From Eledone cirrhosa (taxonomy: Eukaryota), in assembly GCA_964016885.1 (NCBI GenBank), contig OZ024742.1, forward strand, positions 139,128,001 to 139,192,000: DNA of 64,000 nt, written 5' to 3'. Positions 29,270 through 42,502 of this stretch are shown one piece after another (the first letter of the stretch is position 1; each line of letters begins with the position of its first letter). Position numbers and translations under genes: made by a program. A model generated the notes under the pieces. That model ran no database searches. It worked only from the letters and a program-made list of their open reading frames with translations, and had not been told where the DNA came from.

Positions 29270-31275
29270 TAAAATATTGGTGAAATCAGACAAAACCAAC
29301 AACTTATATGGAATAGATAAAACAGAATACAAGGGCTTAATTTTAAAAGAATTGAGAAAGAATTACAGAGAGGCCCCGACTGAGGATCTAGTAGATATCA
29401 ATAATGATGCCTTTGAAATAATTGCCAAACTCGGAATTGAAAGAAAGACCGAACCTTTCATACCAAGGCAACCGAGGATAAATTTTAAAGACCACAAAGG
29501 AAATTTCGAAGAAGACTTGCACCTTCTAAGTCAGACATTGGAATAATTAGTAAAAATATTATAGATAGAATTTTGCCAACTTTGAAATTGAAGTCAAAGC
29601 TTAACTTATTTAAGGACACTAGTGAAGTCATAGATTGGTTTAGGAACATTGAAAATAAGAAAGATCATAAATTTATTCAAATGGACATAGCGAGTTACTA
29701 CTCATCTATAACTCCTAATCTTTTGAATAAGGCTTTATCTTACGCATATAAACACACTGATCTATCTAGTGAGGAGATTAATATCATATTAACAGCTAGA
29801 AGAACCTTGATTAATTTTAATAATGATTTTTATTCGTTCTGATAGGCATAAAAATTTCGATATTACCATGGGATCGTCTGATACTGCGCAGGTTACCGAT
29901 CTTCTGGGAATTCTTATCCTTAATACGATAAATAGAAAACTGCCGGAGATTACCGGTGGTTTATATAGGGATGATATATTATTTACTGTAGTTAAACATA
30001 GTAATAGTGAACTAAATAGGGTTAAGAAAACAATTATAGAATTCTTTAAAAATTACGACCTCAAATTAGAAGTAGAAAGTAACACTAAAGTAGTTAACTT
30101 CCTAGATGTCACTCTTAATTTAAATTCAGGACTTTATTAGCCCTTCCATAAACCCAATGAAAACATAAATTATGTTAGCTTTTATTCCAATCATCTTAAA
30201 TGTGTTAAGAATGCAATAGTCAATAATGTTCAGCAACGTCTAACTAGATTATCTGCTAACAAATCCATCTTTAATAACAAAGCTGGATATTATAACGAAG
30301 CGTTACATAAGGCAGGATATAAAAATAATATATAATATGTAGATAACAGTAAGTCTAATTATAAACTAAATAATAATAGCAATAATATAAATAAAGCAGA
30401 CGGTAAAAATAAATATAAAATAATATAAATATAAATAAAAATACTAATTTCGTGAATAAATCGGGGAAAAAAAATTAGAACTAAATCTGTTATTTAGTAT
30501 GCCCCACCTGCATCTTTAGTTATTAAAACACCTTTAGCACAATTATTGTTTAAAGCTTTAGATAAATGTTTTCCTAGAACACATAAATACCACTCTGTCT
30601 TCAATAGACATCCTACTCAACAACTATGAATATGGCTCCAAATATTGCAAAAATAAATAGCAGAATTCTTAGTTATAACCTACAGATAATTAGTGATAAT
30701 GACAATATTAATATTAACAATAATATAGTTACAGAGAATAACAATAACATTAATTTAAGGACTTACAGTAGAACACCTACAAATATTAGCAATGATAATG
30801 AGAACAGTTTAGATTATAGAAATAACAGTAAATCGAATTGTAACTGTAGAAAAAGATCTGCATGCCCTTTGCAAAATAACTGCCTTGATAAGAACTTAGT
30901 ATATAAATGTACTGTTAAGGCAAATAATATTACCTATAACTACATAGGTAATATCGATCTTTAAACTGAGATTTTCCAATCATAAACATTCTTTTTCTAA
31001 TCCGGATAAGAAATTTCTACTTCTTTATCACAATTAATATGGTCTTTAAAAGAGAAAAATATTAAATACTCAATATTTTGGTCCAAACTTCGCAACTGTC
31101 AAGTTTACCAAAATAACTCTATCTATCCTAACTGCAATCGTTGTAATACTGAGACTCTATTAATAATTGCTAATTATGGTAATTTAATTAACAAAAAAAA
31201 TGAGTTATTCTCAAATTGCTTGCACAAATCTGCATCGACATTTCTAGCATCACATAAAATTAGGCAAAAACATTG
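29270..31275 (+). mobile_element. Penelope-like element ORF (RT + GIY-YIG), broken by stops and frameshifts
   Basis: VKSDKTNNLY, FIQMDIASYYSSI, FDITMGSSD, GGLYRDD, VVNFLDVTLNL, CNCRKRSACPLQNNCL...VYKC...YIG and a terminal CNRC, followed by an AT-rich 3' region to ~32550. Confidence 0.9.
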
Positions 31276-32463
31276 ACTGATTGAGAAAAGATCTGACTCT
31301 TATTAATAATTCTGAGTGAGAAAATATATTGACTCTTATTAATAATTCTTATAACGCTTTTATTATTACTGCTGTTAATATTGTGTATAATGTTTCTACC
31401 TAACCTTAAGAATTGTATACCTGCTCTTTTAAAAAGTATGATAATTTCTTGATTGTTTAAATACCCCTAATTTTGATTTAACATTTTTTAAATCCTATAT
31501 CTTTTGAATTTGATATCTGTAATATCTTCTGATTCTTAAACCGTTTAATTACTTTAAATGTTTGAATACGTCGTACGAAGATATTGTCTACATTTATCGC
31601 ACATTTATCGTATATAAGTTTCGTTTTGTCTAAATTGATTTATAGTAAAATTGATACAGTAAAATTTAGTTAAATCAAAATAATAATACCCTTTACTCTA
31701 ATTATAACTAATAATTAATCTTATATATAATTGACAGATTTAAATCATATAGTTTATAAAAGAACTATACACATGCTAATATCTAAATAAGTCCAGTTTA
31801 ATAATATCATATTTACTATAGTATCATATTTACTATATTTATAAGCACCATTGTTAGTTAATAATATCTTTAATTTTGATTTTTGTAACCAAATTATTGA
31901 GTATATTTACTAATTTAAATATACCCATGTTTACCCTTGAAATTATGTCAAATTATCTTTTTCAATTTATATTGTTTTAACTATGATATAATATAATAGT
32001 ATAATTTCTTTCAAATATTATAGACTAAAAATTTCCTGATATTTAATTGATTATTTCTACCTAACTTAATATTTGAAAAAAAAACGGTCATACATTACAT
32101 ACCTTTATTCTTCTTTTCCTTGAATAATTATAATATACAATACATATCTCCCCTATTTGTTTTTAGTATCATCTCTCTATATTTTTTCCTTACTCTCCTT
32201 TATTTAGCTCTCTCTTTCTCTCATTTGCTCCTTCTCTAATACAGATGTTTACATATCTAATTATTTAAATTTTTAACAGTTATGTAGTTATAGGTTTATA
32301 TACTTTTTGCTTGTCTTTATATATTTTTTATACACGTTCTCATACGAACCCTCTCAGTTATATGTAGTTTGTCATGTTACAAATATTGAGTTTTGTCATA
32401 ACTAATCACTGCTAAGATTGGAATTGAAACATCAGCACAGTTGAGGTACGTCAAACATTAATT

Positions 32464-32530
32464 TATTTTATCTGATGAGGACGCACTGATGAAATAGCTC
32501 AGTACCTCTGAAATATGTATAATAAAATAT
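32464..32530 (+). ncRNA. Hammerhead-like motif in the probable 3' pLTR of the Penelope element
   Basis: ATTTTAT-CTGATGA-GG...ACTGA/TCAGT...CCTCT-GAAA-TATGTA-TAATAAAAT. Stems are imperfect. Confidence 0.5.
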
Positions 32531-32684
32531 ATTTGATCACATGAATGTCTATATTTATTAATATTTTGAAGTAATATATATATATATATATATAAATTTT
32601 GAGTAAATGTTGGTTGTTTACCGACACCTGATTGGAGCACTCGACGAAGTACGCAGGTTGGTTTCTTTACTCCGGAGTAATGTA

Positions 32685-33181
32685 TAATAAGTAAGTCAAA
32701 CATGTAAAATTTGGCTTCGTTTATTATAAATTCTCTGTTAAATATATTTCAGTGACAGCTATTATTGGCTGTGACCTCTTCAGGCAGTCCGAATTAATGT
32801 AGAAAATACAGGTAAACATATTGTTGAAATGTGTTCCAATCTGTCAATTCATCGATATGTCCAGCTCCTGGGTGTGTTGTTAGTCCTACGAGGAACTGGA
32901 ATCATGTATGGAGACTGGAGCAATCGCCGAAGTACGCAGGCTGGTTTGTTTACTCCAGAGTAATGTAAAATAAGTAAGTTCCTCGGGGACTAACAACACA
33001 GACAGGAGGTGAATATATCGATAAATTGACAGAGTGGAACAACATGTTTACCTGTCTTTTCCACATTAATTCGTACTGCCTAAAGAGGTCACAGCCAATA
33101 ATAGCTGTCACCGAAATATATATAAGAGAGAATTTATAATAAACGAAGACAAATTTTACATTTTTACATGTTTGACTTACT

Positions 33182-33188
<7 letters not shown>
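32685..33188. repeat. Inverted repeat pair (~210-bp arms), pLTR-like, with a hammerhead motif in each arm
   Basis: 32685-32898 is the diverged reverse complement of 32977-33188. Arm 1 (-) reads CTGAAGA-GGTCACAGC-CAATAATA-GCTGTCACT-GAAA-TATATT (32741-32783). Arm 2 has the mutated core CTAAAGA. Confidence 0.75.
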
Positions 33189-33250
<62 letters not shown>

Positions 33251-33264
33251 ACACACAGAGACAA

Positions 33265-33330
<66 letters not shown>

Positions 33331-33567
33331 ATATGTAATATATATATACTCTTTTACTCTTTTACCTGTTCCAGCCATCCGGCTGAGGCTATGCTGGGGC
33401 ACCGCCCTTATATATAGCCGTTTTGGAAGCCTCAACAATGCACATGGGCAAATCATCGGGTAACAAAAGCAGGTGGTATTGAGAGAGGGGGATGTAAGAG
33501 GAAGCGTAGAAATAGACGTAGGGATCGTAAAAGCACGTAGGAAAAGTGTAAAAAAAAATAGTTTCTG

Positions 33568-33775
33568 ATTTAGGCACAAGGCCAACAATTTTGAGACAGG
33601 GGAAAGTCGATTAAATCGATCCAAATGCATTACTGGTACTTTATGTTATCGACCTCGTAAGGATGAAAGGCAAAGCTAACCTGGGCGGGATTTGAACTCA
33701 GACACTAAAGGGCCGTAACTCTATGCAGCAAAGCATGGTGTCCGACACTCTACCGATACAGCCAAACCACCACCC
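33568..33775 (-). mobile_element. tRNA-derived SINE, near full length
   Basis: Reverse complement GGTGGTGGTTTGGCTGTATCGGTAGAGTGTCGGAC...GAGTTCAAATCCCGCC...GGCCTTGTGCCTAAA. Confidence 0.85.
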
Positions 33776-34036
33776 TTAAAAGTATAAAAAATAATAATAC
33801 GAGATAGAGTTACCTTGGAAGCGATTTAATTACGCTCTCTACGTCCCTTTCTACGCTTCACCCCTCTCTCTCTCTCTATATATATATGTATATATATATA
33901 TATATTTAGGTTTGTTGGTTCAGATAGAATTGGTCCTTCCGTATGGTCAATCTTGATGTAATATTATGGAGAGTACTCAACGTAGTGCAGTTCACCCGTC
34001 TTCGTTTGTGTAGTTGGTGGTGCTAATACGGAGTAA

Positions 34037-34347
34037 ATAAATAAAATAACAGGAGGCTGGACTGGTGTAAATCCTTGAAAATGTTATTATACTATGACCA
34101 TTTCAATGACCGGGTTCCGTATGAATCCGGTGATATCATCAGGTATTCGAAATATAACAAAGGAATATATAAAATCGATGGGTTCGAAAAACAGAGACAG
34201 AGAGGACGACTGACCAATTAGCTGCTTTCACCTCGGTCAGGCGCCCTCAAGTGATGGCAACTCGGTCTACTAATGACCATCTGGTGAGAAGGCTAAGGTT
34301 TATAATGTACTACCACCTCTCCGTCAGAGAAGAAAAAAAAGAGAAAA

Positions 34348-34419
<72 letters not shown>

Positions 34420-35444
34420 AGAAAAGTCAGCGTAAGAGTCACACTACAGTCATGGTAGAAGACATCGCGAAAAATGTTATTCCAAAGAACCCATATTTTA
34501 ACAAAGGCATATATATGGGTGTCTGTATGGTCTAATGTGTGAACAGAAAATTGGAACGTTAACTTATGTTAAGAGTTATAGGATGTGAATAAACCCCTCC
34601 TGTGTGAATTAATAGTATTCGTTTGGTATAGACAATGGCCTGTAGAAGCTGGTTGACTTCCCGCTAACACACCCCAAGCCTATCACAGTTACGTTCCTAG
34701 AGTACTCGGAAAAATTAATTTCCATTTATTTCGCTAGACGATACCACTCGAAACTGGCTGACACGTGGTTAGGAGGTGCTGGCTGGGATTTACAATCGAA
34801 GGCTTTCATCTTTACTCTATATCCCACCTTGATAACTTATCGAGATTCCCTATGATACACTTAACCTTTTCATATAAGACTCTCTCTGTAGTTTCATTAA
34901 ATAAATCTCGCAACACAAACCTTTAATTTTTTATTAATTTTCTAATAATTTAATTTCATCCTATAACATAAGTTAACGTTCCAATTTTCTGTTCACACAT
35001 TAGACCATACAGACACCCATATATATGCCTTTGTTAAAATATGGGTTCTTTGAAATAACATTTTTCGCGGCGTCTTCTACCATGACTGTAGTGTGACCCT
35101 TACGCTGACTTTTCTTCTTTTTTCTTTCTTTCTTTCTTTTCTTTTTTTATTCTCTGGCGGAGAGGTGGTAGTACATTATAAGCCTTCGCCCTCTCACCAG
35201 ATGGTCATTAGTAGACCGAGTTGCCATCACTTGAGGGCGACTGACCGAGGTGAAAGCAGCTAGTTGGTCAGTCATCTTCTCAATCTCTGTTTTTCGGACC
35301 CATGGATTTTATATATTCCTTTGTTATATTTCGAATACCTGATGATATCATCGGATTCATACGGAACCCGGTCATTGAAATAATCATAGTATAATAAACT
35401 TTTCAAGGATTCACACTAGTCCAGCCTCCTGTTATTTTATTTAT
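34037..35444. repeat. Long inverted repeat (arms 34037-34585 and 34957-35444, ~370-bp spacer)
   Basis: The arms align as reverse complements with scattered substitutions and a length difference in a (GAAA)n tract. Confidence 0.92.
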
Positions 35445-35449
35445 AATTA

Positions 35450-35549
<100 letters not shown>

Positions 35550-35758
35550 GGCGCGTGGCTGAGTGGTTAGAGAAAGGACACATAGTGAACAGAAAGAAAT
35601 TGTTTCTGAAAAAGTTTTAAGACTACAAAGCATGTATCTACTTGCTTGTTTGCAAAAATGAATGCTTAAGATACAGTATTTGATTAAAAGCTTTATAACA
35701 TCGTGTGTATGGCATTTTTATCAGCAGATATCGTTGTCGTTGTCAACAGTCAACATCA

Positions 35759-35810
<52 letters not shown>

Positions 35811-35941
35811 TATTTTGTTTAGTCCATAAATTATTCAAGGTTTTAAGTCAATCCTCGGAAGAAAAATATTGTGGAATTTTTTAGGTAACCAATAGCAATA
35901 ATCTTCAGTTGCATCAATAGAATTTAATAACACTGCACATA

Positions 35942-35948
35942 TATATAA
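35942..35948 (+). promoter_or_regulatory. Candidate TATA box of the micro-exon gene
   Basis: TATATAA ~60 nt upstream of the ATG at 36004, with an Inr-like TTATTC ~28 nt downstream. Weak on its own in AT-rich DNA. Confidence 0.4.
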
Positions 35949-36003
35949 TAGGAAGTTTTACCGGTAACTTTATTCTGAAGAAGATCTTCCTACATTAAAG
36001 ATC

Positions 36004-36052
36004 ATGAAGACTCTAAGTATTTTCAGTATGTTCATCGTTGTTATAGTTTGTG
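36004..36052 (+). CDS. Candidate first coding exon encoding a signal peptide (MKTLSIFSMFIVVIVC, phase-1 donor)
   Basis: ATG with A at -3, MK followed by a hydrophobic core, then TGTG|GTAAGT, a perfect donor in phase 1. Lies in non-repetitive sequence. Confidence 0.7.
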
Positions 36053-37300
36053 GTAAGTATTGTACGATACTAAATTTTTTACTATTTTAACTAACTACTA
36101 ATATGCACTATATTTTATTATATAAAAGTAAATGTATGTATATATCCATGTATGTTATCGCTTTCTCTTAATTTTTAGCTTATTTCTGACCGGCGACCTA
36201 CCTGGTTGCAAAGTTCTATTGAAAAGGAAATTGTCATCGTCTCTTGTGTAAGCGTTTATCCCTTGAATCGTAAGAATGTTTTACAAATGTTGAAAGTTCC
36301 AGTTATCATGGCCATTTGTAGCTTATAAATTAAGTAGCTACGTTCTTGCTCCACAAATCCAAGTTCCGTTATACTTTTCTCTTGGCGATTTGGTATATAA
36401 GCTGTAGCTTCAATAATAACGGGTATAAAGCTGAACGTGTACCTTGGATACTAGATCAACATTTTATGTATGTATGTACATGCGTATGTATATATGTTCC
36501 TCCAACCTTTGACGGGTTTTGTTGTTCATCCTTGAGGGTTTCCAAAACCACCTTCCTCACCAAGCAAGCTTGGTCGCCGACGACCCGACCATGCACCGGT
36601 TGTAGTGGGTTACATGTTACCAATGGCGTTGAAGAGCGAGCGACATGGAGAGTCAACGGCTATTCAATAAAGTACTTTCTTTCTTTTTGTGGAGCGAGAG
36701 ACTCCTAGTCATCATTAAGACATCTCTCTAGGACAAGGTCACTCTGAAACCTGCGACATCCAATGATGTAAACCAGTTCTACATTTGGGGTAAATGTATT
36801 CGATGTTCAGAGAGTCGGATTGGACCCGTGCTTTCCTCACTTAAAAAAGCTTCAAGCATAGTCATTGCTTGATATATGACATTTTTTGCGATGCATGGCA
36901 TTGTTGGTCATAGGCAAGTTCCCAGCGGGTCTAAAATGGAACGTCCGTGATGCTCATGCTTAAGTATCGAGCGATGGCATTACTCAAAATTCGAGTTTCA
37001 GCCATTATGTATGTATGTATGTACGTGTGGGTGGATGTATGTATGGATGGATGGGTGGATGGATGGATGAATGGATGTATGTGTTTATATATGTATATAT
37101 GTATGGATGGATGGAGGGATGGACTGATGCATGGATGTCAAAGTTGCTGAAATTGCTCGAGTCATCTCATCTGACTCGAGCAATTTTTCCGGCTCTGTGC
37201 CTTCAAATCCCATAACGCACTAGGGTCGATTTAATCGACTTTCCCCTTCCCTAAAATTGCTGGCCTTGTGCCTAAAGTAGAAACTATTATTATTATTGTA

Positions 37301-37520
37301 ATGGCGGTGGATTGACAGTATCAGTAGAACGTCGGACACCATGCTTTGCAGCATAGAGTTATGGCCCTTTACGTTCTGAGTTCAAATCCAGCTTAGGTTA
37401 GCTTTGCCTTTCATCCTTACGGGTCGGTAAAATAAAGCACCAGTAACGCACTTGGATCGATTTAATCGACATTCGGCTCCAAATCGCTGGCCTTGTGCCT
37501 ATAGTAGATACAATTATTAT
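37301..37520 (+). mobile_element. tRNA-derived SINE (plus a partial 3' copy at 37220-37290)
   Basis: GGCGGTGGATTGACAGTATCAGTAGAAC...GAGTTCAAATCC...GGCCTTGTGCCT with an (ATT)n tail. Confidence 0.85.
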
Positions 37521-37639
37521 TATTATTATTATATTTTTTGTTTGAAATAAGAAGACGTGTTATTCTGAGCTCCAGTAAGTTTGTTATTTTAAATTGTTTA
37601 AACGGAAATTGTTAAAATATTTTTTTTCTAAGGGAACAT

Positions 37640-40600
37640 AAGGCATCTGTCTTTGTCCCGAAGAAGGGCTTCCCCTCAAACTATCAGAGAGGTACGAAAT
37701 CCAGGTAGTCAAAGAGGGCCAACGGCTGCACTGTTTCGTTTGTGGTAAAGCCACGCACCTGCAAGCCTTTTGCCCCCAGCTGAAAACTGCAGGGGACCAC
37801 AAACCTCCGGTGCTGGGACAAAAGACAACACCAGCACCAGCACCAGCACCAGCAATAGTAAAGGAAACAGCACCAGCAACAACACCAACAAGGACCATTC
37901 AAACCACCGACGGAGTCACAAAACCCAGCTCTCCCTCTCCCCCTCTTTCAAACACAAACACACAGAACAACACTCACACCCCCGTAAACACACCCCCATG
38001 CCCTTCTGATACAGAATCCACAGACACCAGTTCCTCCTCATGACCAATCAAAGATGAGGAGGAACCCCAAAAACCAAAAAAAGTACAAAACCAGACAGAA
38101 AAATAAAAAAAGAATCCATCTTCAGACACACCAACAAGTACACAATATACACCCGCACAAACACAGACACACCTACAAGAACACCAACACCACAACCGTC
38201 AACAAAGACACTACCACCATCAACAACACTGACACAACCGCAAATCATGCGCCACAAAAGAAAACACGCAGACACCAACAACGACAGACATACCCAACGT
38301 TGTGTTACTAAGGATGGCCAAATGAAAAAAAAATAATTATGGTTCTGTAACAGGAAGCAAGACATTGAGAAAGAGGGAAAGATATTTGGCACCTGCACCT
38401 TCAAAGTGCCCCAGACACTGCATATGGTGCGGATGCCAATAAACACCTACAAAACAATAGAGAGGGTTATCCCGACCACGTGGGGACTCCACATGCCGAT
38501 CATATGGGAAGAATGTTTAAATGTCCGTGGCCTGGGGTCGTCCTGGAAGCAGGGTAGCCTGCTGAACGACCTCAGGTCATTAGATATGGATGCGATTGCC
38601 ATCAGCGAGACCAGGATTAACGACACGCGTTCACTAGCACCCATTTTCAAATACTATCAGATCTTCGCATCTTTTAGTCGGCCAGGAATGGGAAGTGGTG
38701 TGGAAGGGCTGTTTAGGAAAAACCTGCATCTCGAGGTAATGTTGATCTTTCGGGTCCCGGACGGTAAGATGGTAGTCCTAGACGTAAACAATAACGAAGG
38801 TTGTGAGGTGGTGTCTTTAGACGGGTGGCAGGACTGGTGATGCCTAGAAGACTTTCTGAGAACGTCTCACTCATTACTGTTTGCGGCAGACTGGAACGGC
38901 ATCTTAGACGCGCGCTGGGATTGTGTGAGAATAGCTGATGTGGGCGTGGGGTCCAAAAGCTTCAAGTATCTGATCAGCCAGTTCCAACTATCTGAGAGGT
39001 ACCGACTAGATTTCCTTAATGTGCCAGTGTGAACCTGGACCAACAGCATAGGGTCATCTAGATCGTATACAGATAGGGTTTTATTAGGTCAATAGATAAG
39101 GATAGTATCGGTTGTCAATACTTTCAAACGGTCGCCTATTCTGCTCACAAGTTTGTCATTTGTATGGTTGACATAGATAAGACACCGTCAACAACAGGTG
39201 AGAGATTAGAGTAATGTCGTTATGTTTTATCGTTAGGGAAAACTAGAAAGAAGGAGAAGCTGGTAGCTAAATTAAACGAGGCGATTTGTAGTGGCATTGT
39301 AACTGATGTGCTAGCGGTGATAATGGCATTTGACCATTTCTTCAATGCGAAACGCGCAGATTGCATTGTCAGAGCCACGGTGCGTTTCTAAGAAACGATG
39401 GAACCAAAGCTATTAGATGTGCCCGCGTGGCAGAGGCGCAGCGTGGTAACAAAACTACAATTCGGTCTTTGACAGACCGAGACGAACGCGAGCTATTCGA
39501 TTCCATGTAGATGTGTAAAGCATTTCGCGAGCACTTTGCTCGGTTGTTCAATGGTAGTGGGGTGTTGGAGAGGGTGGAAGATTCCAGTCGCTACTTCAAC
39601 GGTCTACCGCGTCTCTCGCCAGCCGATGCTAAGCGCTGCGAAAGGCCGATAACTGCAGCCGAGATTCGGCTGCACGAAGCGCAAGTCACCCGGTTTGGAT
39701 GGTCTGCCCTACAAGCTTTGCATAGATTTACCTGACGTGTTCTGCGAACTCCTCGAAGGGCTCTACTGCAACTGGCAACAGAACGGGAGTGCTCCCAAAT
39801 CCGAGGCGTAGTTGCGTTGATAAGGAAAGACGTGAACAAGAGCGATACATTAGACAACTTCAGACCCATAACTCTACTAAACATAGAGTTTAGCGAAGAG
39901 GTTGGCGCTTGTCGTCGAGGATATGGTAAGGGAGACGTAAACTTGTGCAATCCCGACCAGGTCCATACACGATACCCTCCACCTCATATGATACATCATA
40001 GAGAGGGTAGGGTGTAAACCTGGCTTCGGTGGGGCTCTGATCACTTCAGATCAATCGAAAGCTTTTGATAGGGTCGACCATCGATACCTGGAGGCTGACC
40101 TCAAAGCAGCTGGCTTCGGCCCCGTCTTCAGAGGCAGGATTGATGCAATGTGCAGCGACATCTGCTCGATGGTCAATGTTAATAGCCATCTTTCGGAACT
40201 GTTACAGATCTCTTGATCTGTTCGTCATTGGTGACACAAATGGTTGTTAATACGATGACTCGATGCTGCAACGCTTCGGCCAGATTTAAAGACATAAAGT
40301 CAACAGCCACAAAAAACGATTTAGATAGATCAATGTTGCTTCCCCTTTGACGGCGTAACAGAAAATGAGAAATGCACATTGTGCATACGAATGTGACTTC
40401 TTATATATGTACGCATGCGCAACCTTCAATATTTCCAGAAAACTCTACCAAAGAACCTCGGAAATAGAAGTGGTTGGTACATGACATTTAACGGGATTAA
40501 CTGGAAAGGTTGTTGGGATGGCAACTCAGCAGCTGGAGAGAAAATCCATGATGTTCAACAACATCATAGGACGGTGGACGGTCGAATTGGTGAAATTGCT

Positions 40601-40920
40601 CGTTGTCAAGTTTGTCTAGACCTCCAGGAGGTTAAGAACTGGGACGGGGTAATGAGCAGGTTGACCACATTCATCCAGAAATGAACCGAGAGGAAGCTAT
40701 CACTAAAAGGGCGGGCAGAGTTTGCGAACACGTACGTCGCGTCCCTTATTTATCACCGCCTCACCGTCGAGTCTTTCACCTTTCAACGCCTCAAAAAATT
40801 AAAGTACCAGCTCAGCAACTTCTTGTGGAAGAGTCAGGTTTCACTAGTGAGGCACTCCACCAGCACTCTCTGCGCGGAGGGCTGGGTTAGCTGTGGCTGA
40901 TAGTCCGCAGACATAATGTG
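37640..40920 (+). mobile_element. Tx1/L1-like LINE relic: ORF1 zinc knuckle, APE endonuclease and RT
   Basis: RLHCFVCGKATHLQAFCP (CCHC), CLNVRGLGSSWKQGSLLNDLRSLDMDAIAISETR (APE), NFRPITLLNIE and DQSKAFDRVDHRYL (RT). Many disablements and an insertion near 40230-40510. Confidence 0.85.
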
Positions 40921-41389
40921 AGCCAGAGGAAGAAGACGTGTATATGCACATATATGTATACTTATGCATGCATAAACACACACAAAAACATACATACTTG
41001 CAAACACAGTCGCACAAAATACTCACAACACACAAACATGCATTGACACACACACAAAGTCACATATATGTACAATATGATAATAAAATATAGTAAGTGT
41101 ATGTAGAATTTGAAATGTTTGTGTAGTATACAGTATATAAATATAAGGAATGCCATTTCTGATTAAATATCAGTCGATCTGTCTTATTTGAACTAGACAC
41201 TGTATATATATTTCTCAGTTTTCTAAAATATCATAGAATACTAAGTTTTTTTATGAGCGAGTAAAGCAGTCCTCGCTGTCTTTCAATAACGTTATGGAGA
41301 CTAAAATATATATAACCACGTAGGGAGATTTATTTTAGAGGAAAGCGTTATATATAAGGCCATCACATGTGCAACGGAATATTATGTGT

Positions 41390-41578
41390 GGGCGGTGGAT
41401 TGGCAGTATCGGTAGAGGGTCGGACGCCATGCTTTCCAGCATAGTTACGTCCCTTTATGATCTGAGTTCAAATGCCGCCGAAGTTGACTTTGCCTTTCAT
41501 CCTTACGGGGTCGATAAAATAAAGTACCAGTAATGCACTGGGTAATTGCTGGCCTTGTGCCTAAAGTAGAAACAATTA
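41390..41578 (+). mobile_element. tRNA-derived SINE
   Basis: GGCGGTGGATTGGCAGTATCGGTAGAGG...GAGTTCAAATGCC...GTCGATAAAATAAAGTACCAG. Confidence 0.85.
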
Positions 41579-42502
41579 TGTGTGGTTGTAACGATAAGTG
41601 GATGGATGGATGTAACTGTTGGTATGGTGGTTTCGATGTAAAGAAAAATACCAGGATTGTGTTGTTACAAAGTTTATTTTATCATAACAATATTCAATTT
41701 GAATATTGAATGATAAAATCAATGACACAAAATATTCATACAATAATTTGGTGGATCTTCGAGCCACGTAAATTCAAGTATCACAGAATACGATTATAAT
41801 ATGTGTAAACAGAAATGAATGGTGCGTGTACAAATGCTGAACTCACTATGAATGCGTGTGTGCGTGTATTGCAGGAGTCAGCGATCAGCCAGGAAGGTGA
41901 GAATAAGTGGCAGACTGGTTTTTCCGTGACGAGAGCTTATGAATGCGACTTGTCTTGTCTGTATATCACTTCTTTTCTATTCGAGGCGTAAACAATCCCT
42001 GTAGAGTTGAAGTTAGAAGGATAGATATATCCTCTGAGCTTTGGTTAGTCTCCCAATAGATTAGTTTGCCAAGCGTAAACAAGTCAGAAAGATGGATATA
42101 TCCTCTGACCTATTTTCTGTCAGGCGTAAACACGTCTGACCTGTGTTTAGCCTCTCCCAAGGGGTTAGTCTCTTGAGTGTAAACAAGTTACCACGGCTTG
42201 TCCCAGAGGCGGGAAAGCTCAGATTCGGTTTCGAATCTTCGCCGCCGTTATACATGTCTGAGTACAATATCGTATCTTACGAAAGTCTTTTGTTTTATAA
42301 AACTTCAAAAATCATTATCTGCATGTATTTTTCATTAACTTGAGAACACAATAGAATTTATAAATAAATGAAATGGTATTTCTCATAAAGTATTATTTGA
42401 TTTGTCTCATTTGTAATTATTTAGAAGATATTGTATATAATTATTGCAACATCTGACATCATATTTTTAGATAGGTTATAAAAAAATGAAAAATATATAA
42501 TA

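Noticed and set aside
33660-33775. tRNA genes
   Set aside because: The A/B boxes belong to multi-copy SINE heads and no full cloverleaf is present.
37770-38311. Thr/Pro-rich ORFs as a mucin exon of the micro-exon gene
   Set aside because: They directly follow a CCHC knuckle and precede an APE domain, so they are the low-complexity ORF1 tail of the Tx1-like LINE, with internal stops.
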